A stretch of 64,000 bases of DNA, from assembly GCA_013265495.1 (NCBI GenBank), contig MU058252.1:1-64000 (forward strand). Reading direction: 5' to 3'. Shown in pieces: positions 1 through 13,048 of the stretch (positions are counted from its first letter, which is position 1; the number at the start of each line of letters is the position of its first letter). This DNA comes from Vicugna vicugna. Its lineage: Eukaryota. Under the pieces are notes generated by a model. That model was not told where the DNA came from. It did no database searches and worked only from the letters and a program-made list of their open reading frames with translations. The translations under genes were made by a program, and so were the position numbers.

Positions 1-201
1 CAAAGAAGAGTTGGTCACTAAACATAAAAAAAAATTGCTGTACACGTTAAACTAACATTGTAAATCGACCACACTTCAATAAAAAACATTTTTTTAATAT
101 CTATACCATTAATCTGTTTTATTTTATCCTGAGTTTTACAACATTTTTCATAGATTTGAGAATACTTTAAGACACTCAAAATATTACTTGGATTGTGTCT
201 T

Positions 202-3200
202 TTTTTTAACATTTTTAAATTGAGTTATAGTCATTTTAGAATGTTGTTTCAAATTCCAGTGTAGAGCAAAATTTTTCAGTTCTACATTTTTTTTTCGCTG
301 TGAGCTACCATATGATCTTGTATATATTTCCCTGTGCTATACAGTATAATCTTGTTTATCTATTCTACATTTTGAAATTCCAGTCTATCCCTTCCCACCC
401 CCTGCCCACTTTTGGAACCACAAGTTTGTATTTTATGCCTATGAGTCTGTTTCTGTTTTGTATTTATGTTTTTTTTTTAAGATTCCACATATGAGCGATC
501 TTATATGGTGTTTTTCTTACTCTTTCTGGCTTACTTCACTTAGAATGACATCCTCCAGGAGCATCCATGTTGCTGCAAATAGCGTTATGTGATCGGTTTT
601 TATGGCTGAGCAGTGTTCTGTTGTATAAATATACCACTTCTTTATCCAGTCATCTGTTGATGGACATTTGGACTGTTTCCATGTCTTGGCTATTGTAAAC
701 AGTGCTGCTATGAACATTGAGGTGCAGGTGTCATCCTGAAGTAGGGTTCCTTCTGGATATATGCCCAGGAGTGGGATTCCTGGGTCATACTGTAAGTCTA
801 TTCCTAGTCTTTTGAGGAATCTCCATACTGTTTTCCATAGTGGCTGCACCAAACTGCATTCCCACCAGCACTGTAGAAGGGATCCCTTCTCTCCACAGTC
901 TCTCCAGCATTTGTCATCTGTGCACTTTTGTATGATGGCCATTCTTACTGGTGTGAGGTGATATCTCATTGTAGTTTTGATTTACGTTTCTCTGATAGTG
1001 ATATTGAGCATTTTTTCATGTGCTTATTGATCACTTGAATGTCTTCCTTAGATAATTGCTTGTTTAGGTCTTCTGCCCATTTTTGGATTGGGTTGTTTGT
1101 TTTTTTCTTATTAAGTCGTGTGGGCTGCTTATATATTCTGGAGATCAAGCCTTTGTTGGTTTCATTTGCACAAATTTTCTCTCATTCCATACGTTGTCTT
1201 TTTGTTTTACTTATGGTTTCCTTTGCTGTGCAGAAGCTTGTAATTTACATTCCATAGGTTGTCTTTTTGTTTTACTTATGGTTTCCTTTGCTGTGCAGAA
1301 GCTTGTAATTTTCATTAGGTACCATTTGTTTATTCTTACTTTCATTTCTATTGCTTCAGTGGACTGTTTTAGGAGAACATTTTTGAGATGTATATGAGAT
1401 AATGTTTTGCCTGTATTTTCTTCTAGGAGCTTTATTGTATCTTGTCTTATGTTTAAGTCTTTGATTTATTTTGAGTTGATTTTTGTGTATGGTGTAAGGG
1501 AGTGTTCTAGCTTCATTGATTTACATGTTGCTGTCCAGTTTTCCCAACACCATTTGCTGAAGAGACTGTCTTTATTCCATTGTATATTCTTGCCTCCTTT
1601 GTCGAAGATCAGTTGACCAAAAGTTTGTGGGTTCATTTCTGGGCTCTCTGTTCTGTTCCATTGGTCTATATGTCTGTTTTTGTACCAATACCATGCTGTC
1701 TTGATGACCGTAGCTCTATAGTATTGTCTGAAGTCTGGGAGAGTTATTTCTCCAGCCTCTTTCTTTTTCTTCAGTAATGCTTTGGCAATTCTAGGTGATT
1801 TGTGGTTCCATATAAATTTTATTTTGATTTGTTCTAGTTCTGTGAAATATGTCCTGGGTAATTTGATAGGAATTGTATTAAATCTGTAGATTGCTTAATT
1901 GATTCTTCCAGGAGCATGGGATGTCTTTCCATTTTTTTAAGTCATCTTTAATTTCCTTCATCAGTGTTTTATAGTTTCCCTTGTATAAGTTTTTCACTTC
2001 CTTGGTTATATTTATTGTATTGCTAACATTAATCTTGCAACCTGCTACCTTGCTGAATTCTGTAATCAGCTCTAGTAGTTTTTGTGTGGACCTTTTAGGG
2101 TTTTCTAGATATAGTAACATGTCATCAGCATATAGTGACACTTTTACTTCTTCTTTTCCAATTTGGATCCCTTTTATTTCTCTCTCTTGCCTGACTGCTG
2201 TGGCTAGGGCTTCCAAGTCTATGTTGAATAGGAGTGATGATAGTGGGCATCCTTGTCCCAGATTTTAGTGGGAAGCTTTTGAGTTTTTCACCTTTGAGTA
2301 CTGTGCTGGTTGTAGGTTTGTCATATATAGCTTTTATTATGTTGAGATATGATCCCTCTATACCCACTTCGGTGAGAGTTTATATCATAAATGGGTGTTG
2401 AATTTTATCAAAGGCTTTTTCTGCATCTATTGAGATGATCATGTGGTTTTTGTCCTTTCTCTTGTTGATGTGATGTATTACATTGATTGATTTGCATATG
2501 TTGAACCACCCTTGTGTCCCTGGGATGAACCCCACTTGGTCATGATGTATAATCTTTTTTATGTGCTGTTGGATTGTATTTGCTAATATTTTGGTGAGGA
2601 TTTTTGCATCTATGTTCATCAGCGATATTGGTCTGTAATTCTCTTTTTTGGTAGTGTCTTTGCTTGATTTGGGTATCAGGGTGATGGTGGCTTCATAGAA
2701 TGAGTTTGGGAGTATTCCCTCCTTTTCAATCTTCTGAAAGAGTTTGAGAAGGACGGGTATGAGTTCTTCTTTGTATGTTTGGTAGAATTCCCCAGTGAAG
2801 CCATCTGGTCCTGGATTTTTATTTGTAGGGAGGTTGTTTTTTTTAATTGCTAATTTGATTTAATTTCTAGTGATCGATTTGTTCAAGTGTTCAGTTTCTT
2901 CTTGGTTCAGTCTTGGTGGACAGTATATTCCCAGAAACATGTCCGTCTCCTCTAGGTTATCCATTTTGGTTCCATATAGTCTTTCATAATATTCTTATAT
3001 GATATTCTGTATTTCTATTTTATTTGTTGTAATTTCTCCATTTTCATTTCTTATTTTGCTTATTTGTGCTCTCTCCTTCTTCTTCTTTGTGAGTTTGGCC
3101 AGAGGTTTGTTCATTTTATTTACTTTTTCAAAAAAAATCCAGCTTTTGGTTTGATTGATTTTTTCTATTTTTTCTAAATCTTTATTTTATTGATTTCCTC

Positions 3201-6200
3201 CCTGATCTTTATTATTTCCTTCCTTCTGCTGCCTTTTGGGGTTTTTTGCTCTTCTTTTCCTAATTCTTTTAGTTAGTGGGTTAGATTGTTTATTGAAATT
3301 GTTCTTTGTTGAGGAAGTCATGTATCGCTATAAACTCCCCTCTTAGCCCTGCCTTTGCTGCATCCCATAAATTTTGTGTGGTTGTTTTCATTTTCATTTG
3401 TCTCAAGGTATTTTTTAATTTCAACTTTGATTTCATCCTTGACCCATTGGTTTTTTAATAATATGTTGTTAAATCTCCATGCTTTCCCTTTTTTTTCTTC
3501 TCTGTTTCTCTGTAGTTGATTTCTAGTTTCATGGCATTGTGCAGTAAAGAAGCTTGAGATAATTTCTATCTTCTTAACATTGTTGAGGCTTCTTTTGTGC
3601 CCAAGTACATGATCAATCCTAAAAAATGTTCCATGTGCACTTGAAAGGAATGTACATCCTATTTTTGGGGGGTATAATGCTCTAAAAATATCCACAGAAA
3701 CTAATTTTTCTCTTGTATCATTTAATTTCTCTGTTGCCTTATTTATTTTCTGTCTTGAAGATCTGTCCTGTGATGTTAATGCAGTGTTAAAATCTCTGAC
3801 AATGATTGTATTCCCATCAATTTCCCACTTTGTGTCTGTTAGTAATTGTTTTATGTACTTAGGTGCTCCTATATTGGGTGCATATGTATTAATGAGTGTA
3901 ATATCCTCATCTTGTAGTATTCCTTTAATCGCTATAAAATGTCTTTCTTTATCTTTCTTTATGGCCTTTGTTTTAAAGTCTATTTTGTCTGAAATCAGTA
4001 CTGCTACACCTGCTTTTTTGGCTTTTCCATCTGCATGCAATATCCTTTTCCATCCTTTCACTCTCAATGTATATGTGACTATATATGTGGGTCTCTTGTA
4101 TGCAGCATATTGAAGGTTCTTGCTTTATTATCCAGTCTGCAACTCTATGTCTTTTGACTGGGGCATTTAGTCCATTAACATTTACAGTAATTAATGATAG
4201 GTGTGTGTTTATTACCGTTTTGACCTTATTTTTGGAGTTGATTTGGTATTTCCTTTTTGTTCCTTTCTTCTTCCTTTTGTGGCTTGGTAATTTTCCTTTG
4301 TATCATCTTGGACTTTATTTAGTTTTTGTGACTCACTTGTAAGTTTTTGGCTTGTGGTTACCCGTTTTTGTAAGTCTATTAACCCATTACTATAACCGTT
4401 TGTTTTAAACAGGTAGTAATACATTCTCAAACCCATCCTACCGAGAACAAAAGATTTTAAAAAAACCCTCTATATTTTCTTTCTTCCCTCTTCCATTCTT
4501 AATGATTTAGATGTCTTCCTTACTATTTCACGTTTATTCTATTTCTAACTCATGGTAGTTATCACCTTTTCAGTTATGAGTTTCTCGTTTCTGTAGCATC
4601 CTGCTTCTTTTCTATTTAGAATAGACCTTTCAATATTTCTTTTAGCATGGGTTTAGTGTTGCTTAACTCTCCTAGTATTTGCTTGCTTGTGAAATTCTTT
4701 ATCTCTCCTATTCTAAAGGATAGCCTTGCTGGATAGAGTATCCTTGGCTGCATCTGTTTTTCATTCAGGACTTTGAATATATCTTGCCACTCCCTTCTGG
4801 CCTGTAGTGTTTATGTAGAGAAATCAGCTGAGAGCGTTATGAGGGTTCCCTTGTAACTCACTCTTTGTTTTTCTCTTGCTGCCTTTAGGATCATTTCTTT
4901 ATCCTTGACTCTGGCCATCTTGATTATGATATATCTTGGTGTGGGTCTGTTTGGGTTCTTCCTGTTTGGGACCTTCTGAGCTTCCTGTACTTGGATATCT
5001 GATTCCTTTTTAGGTTTGGGAAGTTTTCAGTCATGATTTCTTTAAATACGTTTTCAATCCCCGTTGTTTTTTCTTCCCCTTCTGGAACTCCTATTATGCA
5101 TAGATTGGCATACTTTATATTATCCCATAGGTCCCTTATATTGCTTTCATTGTTTTTTATTTGTTTTTCTCTCAGCTATTCTGATTGGGTGCTTTCTGTT
5201 TTCCTGTCTTCCAGGTCACTTATTCGTTCTGCTGCATTATCTAGCCTGCTTGTACAGCCTTTAGATCAGCTCTCATCTCAGCAAATGAGTTTACCAATTC
5301 TACTTGGTTCTTCTTTATAGCTTCAATTTTATTTTTGACATATTTTTATATCTCTAAACACTGTCTCTTTTAGTTCCTTCAGTACTTTGATCACTCCTTT
5401 TTTGAAATCTAGATCTGGTAGGACATCAATGTTTATTTCATTGATCATACTTCTAGGGGATTTCTCTTGCTCTTTTAATTGGGAGTGTTTCCTCTGCTTC
5501 TTCATATTCGTCATATCTCTCTGTCACTGTGGTTTAAGGTGTATCAGTTATCTATTGTGGTCCTTAAGGAGTTTATTTATTTATCTATCTAAAGCCTATG
5601 CAAGAATTAAACTTAAAAAAGAGAGAGAGAGAGAATTTTAAAAGAATGGAGAAAAAAAGGTTTCAAAACAGTGTATAATCAGTAATAGAAGAGCACATTG
5701 AAGCAGAATAGCAATTGATTTGAGATCTTTTAAAAACCTTTTTAAAAAGGAGGAAAAAAATCAGAAAACAATATTTAAAACCTGTGTGTAATCAATAACA
5801 GGAGATCAAACCAAGAGAAATAAAAATGAAATGAGGTGAATGTTTTAAAATAATAAAAATAAAAATATTTTAAAAGAAAAATTTAAAAGGGATTAAAACT
5901 GTAGACATATACAATTGTTTAAAAAGTAAAAATTAAAAATGTAATAGAAAATAGAACAGACATTAAAAAAGAAAAAAAGGAGGGGGTGATGTGTTCTGGA
6001 GACAGTGTGCTCTTAATGATTATATCAAGAGGTCTTTCTGTCTTCACCCTGTTTCATGAACTCAGCTTGCTATTTCCAGATGCCCTCCATTGGCCCCCTT
6101 GTCTGTGTTGCTCCCAGTGCCTGTCAGCTAGCAGATTGCACCCCGTCCCAACACTGGATCAGGTGCTAAACTCTTACCCAATGGGTGGGCAGGTAACTCC

Positions 6201-7259
6201 CCCTCCCAATGCCACAGTCAGATGCTGAGTTCGGGGGAGATAGGCGGGCGGATTGTGCCCCCTCCCAGAACCATGGTCAGGTGCTGTGCTCCTGCCAGGA
6301 TGGCAAGTGGCCACCAGCTGTCTCCCGGCTCCAGTCATTCTGCTGCTCTGTGTAGCTGCCTGCTCCGCCTCGGGTAGGCGCTCCATAGGTGGGCTCGGGG
6401 AACAGTGCATAACAGCCCCTCCCTGCTCTGTGCCAAAACCCAGCTCCTTGTTTGTCTTCGCAGTGCAAGTTCTCTGAGGTTCCAGGGCAGAAAGATCCTC
6501 TCTGCCTTGGGCTGTAAACAAGTCTTAGTCCTGCCTAGGAGGTTGCGGAGCCCCTGGGAGCGGATTCAGGTCTCAGCCCTGCCCCTGCCCAGGCACTGCA
6601 CACAGGAAGATACGGTGGCTGTGGCTGTGACCCACCTCTCTTCTTGTGAAAAGTGCCAGTAATGGTGCCGTGTGTATGAGGAGACAAAGACCAGCAGTGT
6701 TGCTTTGCTTCTTTTGTAGTTTATGGGGGACCCAGGTTGTTCTGCTCTGTATCTCCTCCCAGCCACAGCATAGCACCCTGCAGTCCCCTGGGGCTGGCTC
6801 AGTGTAGGTGCCCCAGTCCTCTGCCTGGCTTATGCAGCCAGTCCCAGGCCACAGCTGCTGGCTCACATTTGAGGCTGGGTGTCGCTGGGACCCTTTGTAC
6901 CTGTTTAACTCAGTTCTGTCAGTCAAGGTGTGCTCCGTGCAGATCTGAGCCTCAGAGGTTTCCCCTCTGTCCCGCTGGCCTTTCTGTTGGAGAGGTGGAG
7001 ACTCAGTGAACAAGCGCCATTCCTCCTTTGCCTCTCCCTTCCTGCGGGACCAGTCCCACACTGTTTTGCTTTTTCTTCTTTCTTTTTTCCTTTTCTCCTA
7101 GTAGATTCATGGCGTCTTTGTCTTTTGAAGAGGGTGATGTTCTGTTGGAGTTCAGCAAGTGCTCTGGTTGCCTGGGTGGGTCCGCAGATGTGAGTTTTGG
7201 TGTAATTGTGGGAGAGGGTGAGCTACGAGCATCCTTCTACTCCGCCATCTTGGCCCCTC
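202..7259 (-). mobile_element. Full-length (~7.06 kb) decayed LINE-1 with 5'UTR, ORF1, inter-ORF spacer, ORF2 and 3'UTR/polyA
   Basis: The minus-strand 5' end reads GGGGCCAAGATGGCGG (YY1-type L1 start) near 7257. An ORF1 remnant runs 5514->4616 (MTNMKKQRKHSQLKEQEKSP...KEILKGLF*). An ORF2 remnant runs ~4218->517 with endonuclease (GVAVLISDKIDFK), RT ([15 protein letters not shown]) and C-terminal (CWWEC) segments split by stops and frameshifts. TSD TGGATTGTGTCTT lies at 189-201 and 7260-7272. Confidence 0.95.
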
Positions 7260-7892
7260 TGGATTGTGTCTTAAATCACACTCCTTATATAGCTCTAAAG
7301 AAAAATACTTCCAAATTTTCAAACTTTAAATCAATGAATTTTGGTATTATTAAAAAGGTCTTCTGTCTTTTCTGGGCAATTGTTTGGCGCCTTAATGGAA
7401 GGTCTTTCATGTTTTGTATACTTTAAAATTTTTAGTTTTTTCTTAAAAATTGGCAACAAAACTTTCCATAACCAAAGTGAAAAAAATTTTTTTTTACCAT
7501 CCCTTCAACTAAAAGTGTTGTTTTTTTTTAAATGCAATAATTCAAGCTGTTTTATAGCTGTCCCAAATTAGCAAGCTCAGATCCTGTTAAAAGTTATTTA
7601 CAGTTTTTTGCTGGATATTTAATTCTGGCATCAGTTACTAGTTTTGTCACCTCTGTTTTTGATTGTTGAGAGGAAGCATTTTATCAAACTCCCTATGTAT
7701 TTGCTGAAAAATGCTGAAATACCTAACAGCTTTTTTTTTTTTTTTGGTTCTGCTGCATTACAGCAAATTACTATTGCCATTCATCATAAATGTTGTACCA
7801 TATCTTCTTCCAGTGTCTCTTTCTCTCCCTTGTTCTTGTTTAGTACCTGCTTATCTCCATTCATTCTGCATCAGTATCATGCCTTCATTTTA

Positions 7893-8493
7893 GTTTCTTG
7901 AGTTTTTTTTAAATTGAAGTATAGTCAGTTTACAATGTTTGTGTCAATTTCTGGTGTACAGCATAGTGTCTCAGTCATACATATACATACATATATTCAT
8001 TTTCATATTCTTTTTCATTATAGGTTACTACAAGATATTGAATATAATTCCCTGTGCTATGCAGAAGAAACTTGTTGTTTATCTGTTTTATGTATAGAAG
8101 TTAGTATCTGCAAATCTCAAATTCTCAGTTTATCCCTTCTCACCCCTTTTCCTTCTGGTAACCATAAATTTGTTTTCTATGTCTGTGAGTCTGTCTGTTT
8201 TGTAAATAAGTTCATCTGTGTCTTTTATTTTTTATGTTGTTTTGATGGAGGCAGAAGGGGAGATAACTAGGTTTATTTATTTATTTATTTTTAGAGGAAG
8301 TACTGAGGATTGAATCCAGGACCTTGTGAATATTAAGCATGTGCTCTACCACTTGAGCTATTCCCTTCCCCTTCTCTCGCTCTCTTTTTTTCCTTTTAGA
8401 TTCCACATATGAGTGATATCTTATATTTTTCTTTCTCTTTCTGACTTACTTCACCTAGAATGATGATCTCCAGGTCCATCCCTGTTGCTGCAA
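7893..8493 (-). mobile_element. 5'-truncated L1 3' end containing a nested SINE
   Basis: Similar to the 3'UTR of the full-length L1, with a 17-bp TSD ATCATGCCTTCATTTTA at 7876-7892 and 8494-8510. Confidence 0.85.
8225..8371 (-). mobile_element. tRNA-derived SINE, Vic-1-like (camelid)
   Basis: The minus strand reads GGGGAAGGGAATAGCTCAAGTGGTAGAGCACATGCTTAATATTCACAAGGTCCTGGATTCAATCCTCAG (tRNA-Ala-like A and B boxes), followed by an (AAAT)n/A-rich tail. This matches my recollection of the camelid Vic-1 SINE. Confidence 0.75.
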
Positions 8494-8907
8494 ATCATGC
8501 CTTCATTTTAAAGTTAAAATTTTGTCCATACTTATTTTTAAACTAAAAATTAACTTAATTATATTATAAAAAATAATAATCAGTACTTAGTAACCAACTA
8601 CTATATAGATATGTGTCTCTGTAACTCACACTGTCTACACAAAGTATTCAAATAAAAGTATTACGTCACTCCACTAGAAAGGTTATTCAAATGGAATCAA
8701 TCTATTGACACTGACTAGATCAATGATGTGCTTATGTTCTTGTGCTATAAAGAATAAAAGTGATCAAAATCTACCTGGCAATACAGCAATAATATGTGAC
8801 ACAACAATTAGAGTGAAATGTATTTCTACCCAAACAAGAAAGCTGTGTTTCATGGTAAAATATTTTATAGTGCTTCAGTTTTTCTATTTACTAAAAACTG
8901 ATTATTA

Positions 8908-9005
8908 TTAAATAAAATTTAAAATTCAGTTTCTCATGTTCCCCAGCTACTTTTCAAGTGCTCAATAACCACATGTGGCTGGTGGCTACTATATCGGATA
9001 CTGCA
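8908..9005. mobile_element. MER3/MER33-like hAT-Charlie fragment
   Basis: TTTCAAGTGCTCAATAACCACATGTGGCTGGTGGCTAC resembles the MER3/MER33 consensus and a second copy at 47131-47340. Confidence 0.6.
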
Positions 9006-10649
9006 ATTTCTAGAAAATCCTCAAATACTTGGAAATTAAACACATACTTCTAAATAATCCACGAATGATAAAAGACAACACAAAGAATATGGAAAATACT
9101 GTAGACTGAATAATGAAAACAGAATACACAAAAATGTGTGCCATTTAGATAAACGTGTATAGAGGGAAATTTTATAGCTTATGTTAGAAAAGAAGAATTT
9201 TTAATAGTTTACGGATATTGTAGTTGAGTTTGTTCAAGCAGGCATTTAAATTACTGCAGATCCCTTTGAACATGGGAAAGCTTGGTTTTAGATGTCGTTA
9301 GCAAGGGGCTTTCCCAGTCTTGCTCCTCTTTGACGGCAAGTCCCTTGGTAATGGTGTGATTTTCACTCCTGTTGGTATTTCAGTAGAATATTTGGAGAAA
9401 TGGAATCTCCAATTCTGCCTTTGCTGCTGCCCACAACAGTGGACACCTCTAACTAGCCTTCCAGCCTTTTTCTAGAAAAAATTTCCCCTGGACTCTTTAG
9501 AGATTGCAGTTCATGGGTCAGCCAAAGATTTGAAGGGAATTTATATACAGAATTTCTAAAGCTGCCCACTCCCTCGGTGACTCTTTTGGGGAGTTCCACT
9601 CCAGTTTTTAGCTGCTCTGGCTGCCCTCAAACTCCATTCTCTCACTCTCAGATCACTGTGAATGTCTGCTTGAGTGCTACCTCTGTGTCCGCAGGACAGG
9701 AAAACACTCTCAGGGGGAAAGTCACATAAATGTGGCAGCAGTGTGGTACCCTCATGTTAAGGGTCAATTTCCCTATGGTGTCGGCCTGTATTTGGTTACT
9801 TCTCAATATGTTCAAACAGTTGTTTTAAATTTTTCATTATTTTGTATTTTCTACATAGTTTATGAATGTTATTACAGGAGAATTGGGAGCTGGAAACCTT
9901 CCTTGAAGTTTTTACCCACTGCTTTGACCCACCAAAGAAAAAGTAGCCGTGTACTCACTGGGCACTGCAGATTGTCCAGATCCCTGCTTTTCATGCTTTG
10001 CTCCAGTGCAGAGATATTTTTGGACAATTTTCACTTTGACAATTTTCAGCTTTGGCCAAGACAATCCTGTCTCCTCCCCTTGCACACCCCCCACCCATAC
10101 CACTTCTTTCTTACTGGTATACAGACCATGGAATTTCCAGAACATACCTACACTTGCCCTCCCTGTTCTCTGATGTTGAGGGAGTAATGGTGTGGAACGA
10201 TATCTATTCTTCCCCCAGAAATGTTGTGGGAGGCATCTTCCCCGATTTCTAGTAACAAAGAGAGAAAACCCCATGTCTGATATAATTAAAAACAATTCTT
10301 TTAGAACTTTTAACAAAAGACGGTTTTGAGTGACTTGCCAGTTAAGAGTCACTGAATGGGTATCATTTGGTCAAATGCTTGTATTTTCTATTATGAAATC
10401 AATTAAGCTAACAGAGGTAAAACAGTAATACCTAAATTAAAGACATTTATCTTCTTATCCTAATGGAAATACAAACAATTTTAGCTTTTACATCAATAGC
10501 TCTGAAGTTATGAATCTATTCACTTAGAAAAAAAGATAGCCTTGATTCACTTAACCTTGAAATATTTACCAATTCTCCCAATGTTTTATGTTTTAGATTT
10601 TTAATGTAACTTTTTCTTTTTCTTATAATGGGATAAAGTTGAAGTGTAA

Positions 10650-11330
10650 ATTTAAAATGTAAATGGTATTACTTAGGTAAATTTATATATTGTAATATGG
10701 TTGCTGTTGGAACAATATTTATCATATTACATACTCACATTATTGCCTACATTCAATATACTGTACCTTAGAGCTCTGTGGCTTATTTAGTACTCTTTAC
10801 AAGTTTGTACCCTTAAACACGGTCAGTCTTATCCGCCCATCCCCGCATCTCCTGATAACCACCGTTTTACTCTGCTATTTTTTTTAAAACAGGTTTGACT
10901 TTTTTAGATTCCACATTTAAGTGATATCACACAATACTCTGTCTTACCTGCTTCCAGGTCTCCCAAATTTAATACACAAGTGTAAGACAATTCCAACTGG
11001 AATACCAATAAGATTATTTTTTGAAAATTAAACAAGTGACTTTAATTTTCACATAGAAGAATAACTGCCTGAGAATAACAAAGGAAATATAAACATGTTG
11101 ACTGAGGAGGGAATTGGTGTGTCAGATTATAATCAAAGCCACTGTAATCAAATCAATATTTTATTCATACAGGAGTAGAAAATTAGGAAGACAAGAACAG
11201 AATTGAAAATCCTGACATGGATCTTAGGGAATATGAAAATTTAACATATGATAAATGTTGTGTTGCAGTTCAGCAGGAAATGGATCACCTACTTAATAAA
11301 TGAATGGTCTGGCACAGAGGCTATTTAAGA
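10650..11330. mobile_element. Old L1 fragments (3'UTR on minus, ORF2 3' part on plus)
   Basis: TTTAGATTCCACAT and CCTGATAACCACC L1 3'UTR motifs, followed by degenerate ORF2-like sequence. Confidence 0.5.
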
Positions 11331-13048
11331 TAGCATAGCCAAAATAAGTTCTGTTCTGCCTTGAGACACTTTTCTGAATCTTTTAGCATAAGAAATGCTT
11401 AAGCTTTCTTAGGAGTCCGCTGTGTCTGGAGAACATGGATGCCGTGGTCTCCAGATTGGCTGCTTGATTAAAGAGAATCTCCCATCAGCTGATGAGCATC
11501 CAGATTATGGGACACCTGAGACTGCATCCTCTGATTTCTGATGGTCCTCCAGCACTGCCACTCTCACCTCCACTTCCCACCCCTCTGCTGCACAGCTTGA
11601 AGGAAGGAAAAGATGGGTATATTGGGAGGCAATTTCCCTCCTGTTTTCTCCTACTCTGTTTCCATTATTGGTCAGATGCCCCAGGAGCATCCTGAACCTC
11701 AAAGAAACTGAAATGTGTCTGAAATGCATCAGTCTCCCTGTGCAGACAGATGGCACCCATCAGAGACCAGAGCCAGACCAATGTGTTGCTCTCTTCTCCT
11801 GTCCCATTTCACTTCCTCAGAACCATCAGCTCTCCAGAAAGACACCCACGTGTTGCAGGCTTCTCCCCATCAGCCCAGTAGGCTGCTCCCTTGGACTTTT
11901 AAACCATTCACCTGCTTCCTCCACAACCTCCCTTTTTTTCTCTGCTTCCCTCCATTCTATATCCCAAGATGCCTTGCTGTGGGACCCAGTTACAGGCACA
12001 TCCCACCCACTCTTTCTCCCCACTCTCAAGGGAGACGGGAAGGGGCTGCAGGTAAGGCAGAGGCAGGGCTGAAAATCACCTCTGTTCTCTAACATCAGAG
12101 GGCCAGCATCACGAGGCAGGAGTGACAGGTGTATAACCTAGTCCAAGTCTGCTTCAGGGAAGTGCTTCTCCTCTGCCCAAGCCACATGGCACCTCCCTGG
12201 GCCTCCATGTCCTGAAGTCAGGCCTAGGCTCCACTTTCTTGATCAGGTCTGCCCCCTTCTGCTCAGCATCCTGCCAGGAGGCTCCCACAGGGCTCACTTG
12301 CTGAGACTGGGTGGCCTCTTTCCAGAGTGAATAAAAGGGCTGCTCCTTCTACCACTTCCCTGTTTCTACTTACTTCCTCCTCCCTAGACCAGCATCTGTC
12401 CTGTCCCACATGTCACAAAGCCACTGCTATGTTATGACCCACCACACACAGCATACCTTAAAAGTCCTCAGGCCTGCCCCCAATGGGGGCAAGGACACAG
12501 CCCAAGAGGTGCAGAATTGACTGGTCGACATCCCACCTTGATTTGCTATCTCAACATTTAACCAGTGACTCCAGCAGCCAGGATGCTGTGAAGACAAATG
12601 AGGCACAAGCCTGTCCTCCAGAAGCTTCGGTTCTCTCAGTGATCTAGTACAGAGCTGTAACGCCAATGAGATGTGAGATTGGAGGGGAAGGGGGTTGAGG
12701 AGAGGGCCCACGTGTTCTGGAAGGTGTGATGAAGGACCCAGGAACTGTGGAGCCCACACCCCTCTCGCCACACCAGACACTGACTTGGAGTCTGGGATGG
12801 TCGGGGACCCATGGGATGGAGAGCAAGAGAGGGTCTGGAAGCCGGACTGGGCTGGAGGGAGGCCAGCAGGAAGCAGCCAACCCTCGCTGAAGTCCAGCAC
12901 ATGCTCAGATGGGTGTCTTCTCCAGGAGCTGTCTGTGAGCATCCTCAGAGTCCTTCTGGATTTGGTGCAGCGCTTACAGCTGGGACTCCTCAATGAGCCC
13001 TTCCTCAAAGCCGGGCGCCTGAATGTCCTCCCTTTCCTGGTCTTTGCC

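Noticed and set aside
5986..7426. Several overlapping ORFs (up to 162 aa) in and next to the L1 5'UTR
   Set aside because: They are expected by chance in GC-rich UTR sequence, and there is no support for an ORF0-like product.
8294..8371. Functional tRNA gene
   Set aside because: The cloverleaf is degenerate, it has an A-rich tail and it is nested in an L1, so it is a SINE.
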